64,000 nucleotides of DNA from Fimbriosthenelais zetlandica (Eukaryota): positions 27,218,001-27,282,000 of the forward strand of contig OZ365114.1 of assembly GCA_977030845.1 (NCBI GenBank), read 5' to 3'. This document shows, piece after piece, positions 63,675 to 64,000 of this stretch (position 1 is the stretch's first letter; the number at the start of each line of letters is the position of its first letter). The translations under genes were made by a program, and so were the position numbers. The notes below the pieces were generated by a model. The model saw only the letters and a program-made list of their open reading frames with translations, searched no databases and was not told where the DNA came from.

Positions 63675-63905
63675 AGATATTACTCATATCAAAATACACT
63701 TCAATTTATTTTTTGAAAATTCAGATTTAACAGAAATAATACAGAGTAATCAGTCAGTCTTGTAATTAGACCATATCACATAAAAGATGAGAATATTTCT
63801 CATATCAAATACTCTTCAATTCATTGATTGAAACTTCTAATTTAAACAGAAATAATTAGAGTGTAATGGCTCTGTCTTGTATAATTAGACCATATCATAT
63901 AAAGA
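63675..63905. repeat. 116-bp diverged tandem duplication next to the aquaporin 3' splice site
   Basis: ctcatatcaaa at 63683 and 63799; both units contain aacagaaataat...gtcttgta..attagaccatatca. Confidence 0.85.
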
Positions 63906-64000
63906 TGGATTCTGACTAAACTATCAGCTTAAAAAGAACATCTTGATAGATGACTTCATTAGATCTAAATAACCTGGCAATAATGCCTCTGGGTGATATA

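Overview
Eukaryotic (animal) genomic DNA, AT-rich and mostly non-coding. There is no prokaryotic gene structure, no CRISPR array and no intact rRNA or tRNA. The only protein-coding gene I can firmly support is a minus-strand aquaporin (MIP family). Two exons lie in the window, 63583-63663 and 41453-41576, separated by a 22,006-bp intron. Spliced, they read VRLTGCGINPARALGPAFIQNKWHNHW|IYWVGPMAGGVLAGLLYEYIFDPYRRSKTLKAVVDEEDSGR, which is the second NPA loop, TM6 and the start of the C-tail. The upstream exons lie beyond base 64000. The sequence looks like an AQP1/AQP4/Big-brain-type channel. Its remaining C-terminal exon(s) are unresolved; candidates are listed. The rest of the window is intron or intergenic sequence with PIF/Harbinger-type MITEs (TAA target duplications), very small MITEs, a CACTG-terminated element, tRNA-derived SINEs, decayed LINE fragments, mini- and microsatellites, local tandem duplications and several motif-dense candidate enhancers (CRE, RFX X-box, CCAAT, CTCF-like, TALE). 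Frequent TAGGCCTA/TACATGTA words, poly-G runs and the repeat types suggest an invertebrate deuterostome, possibly an echinoderm; this is inference only. Almost all ORFs in the supplied track are spurious. I did not find a clearly novel biological system. The best leads are the unresolved or alternative aquaporin 3' end, a possible spliced antisense transcript, and a fixed-span 42-bp motif array.
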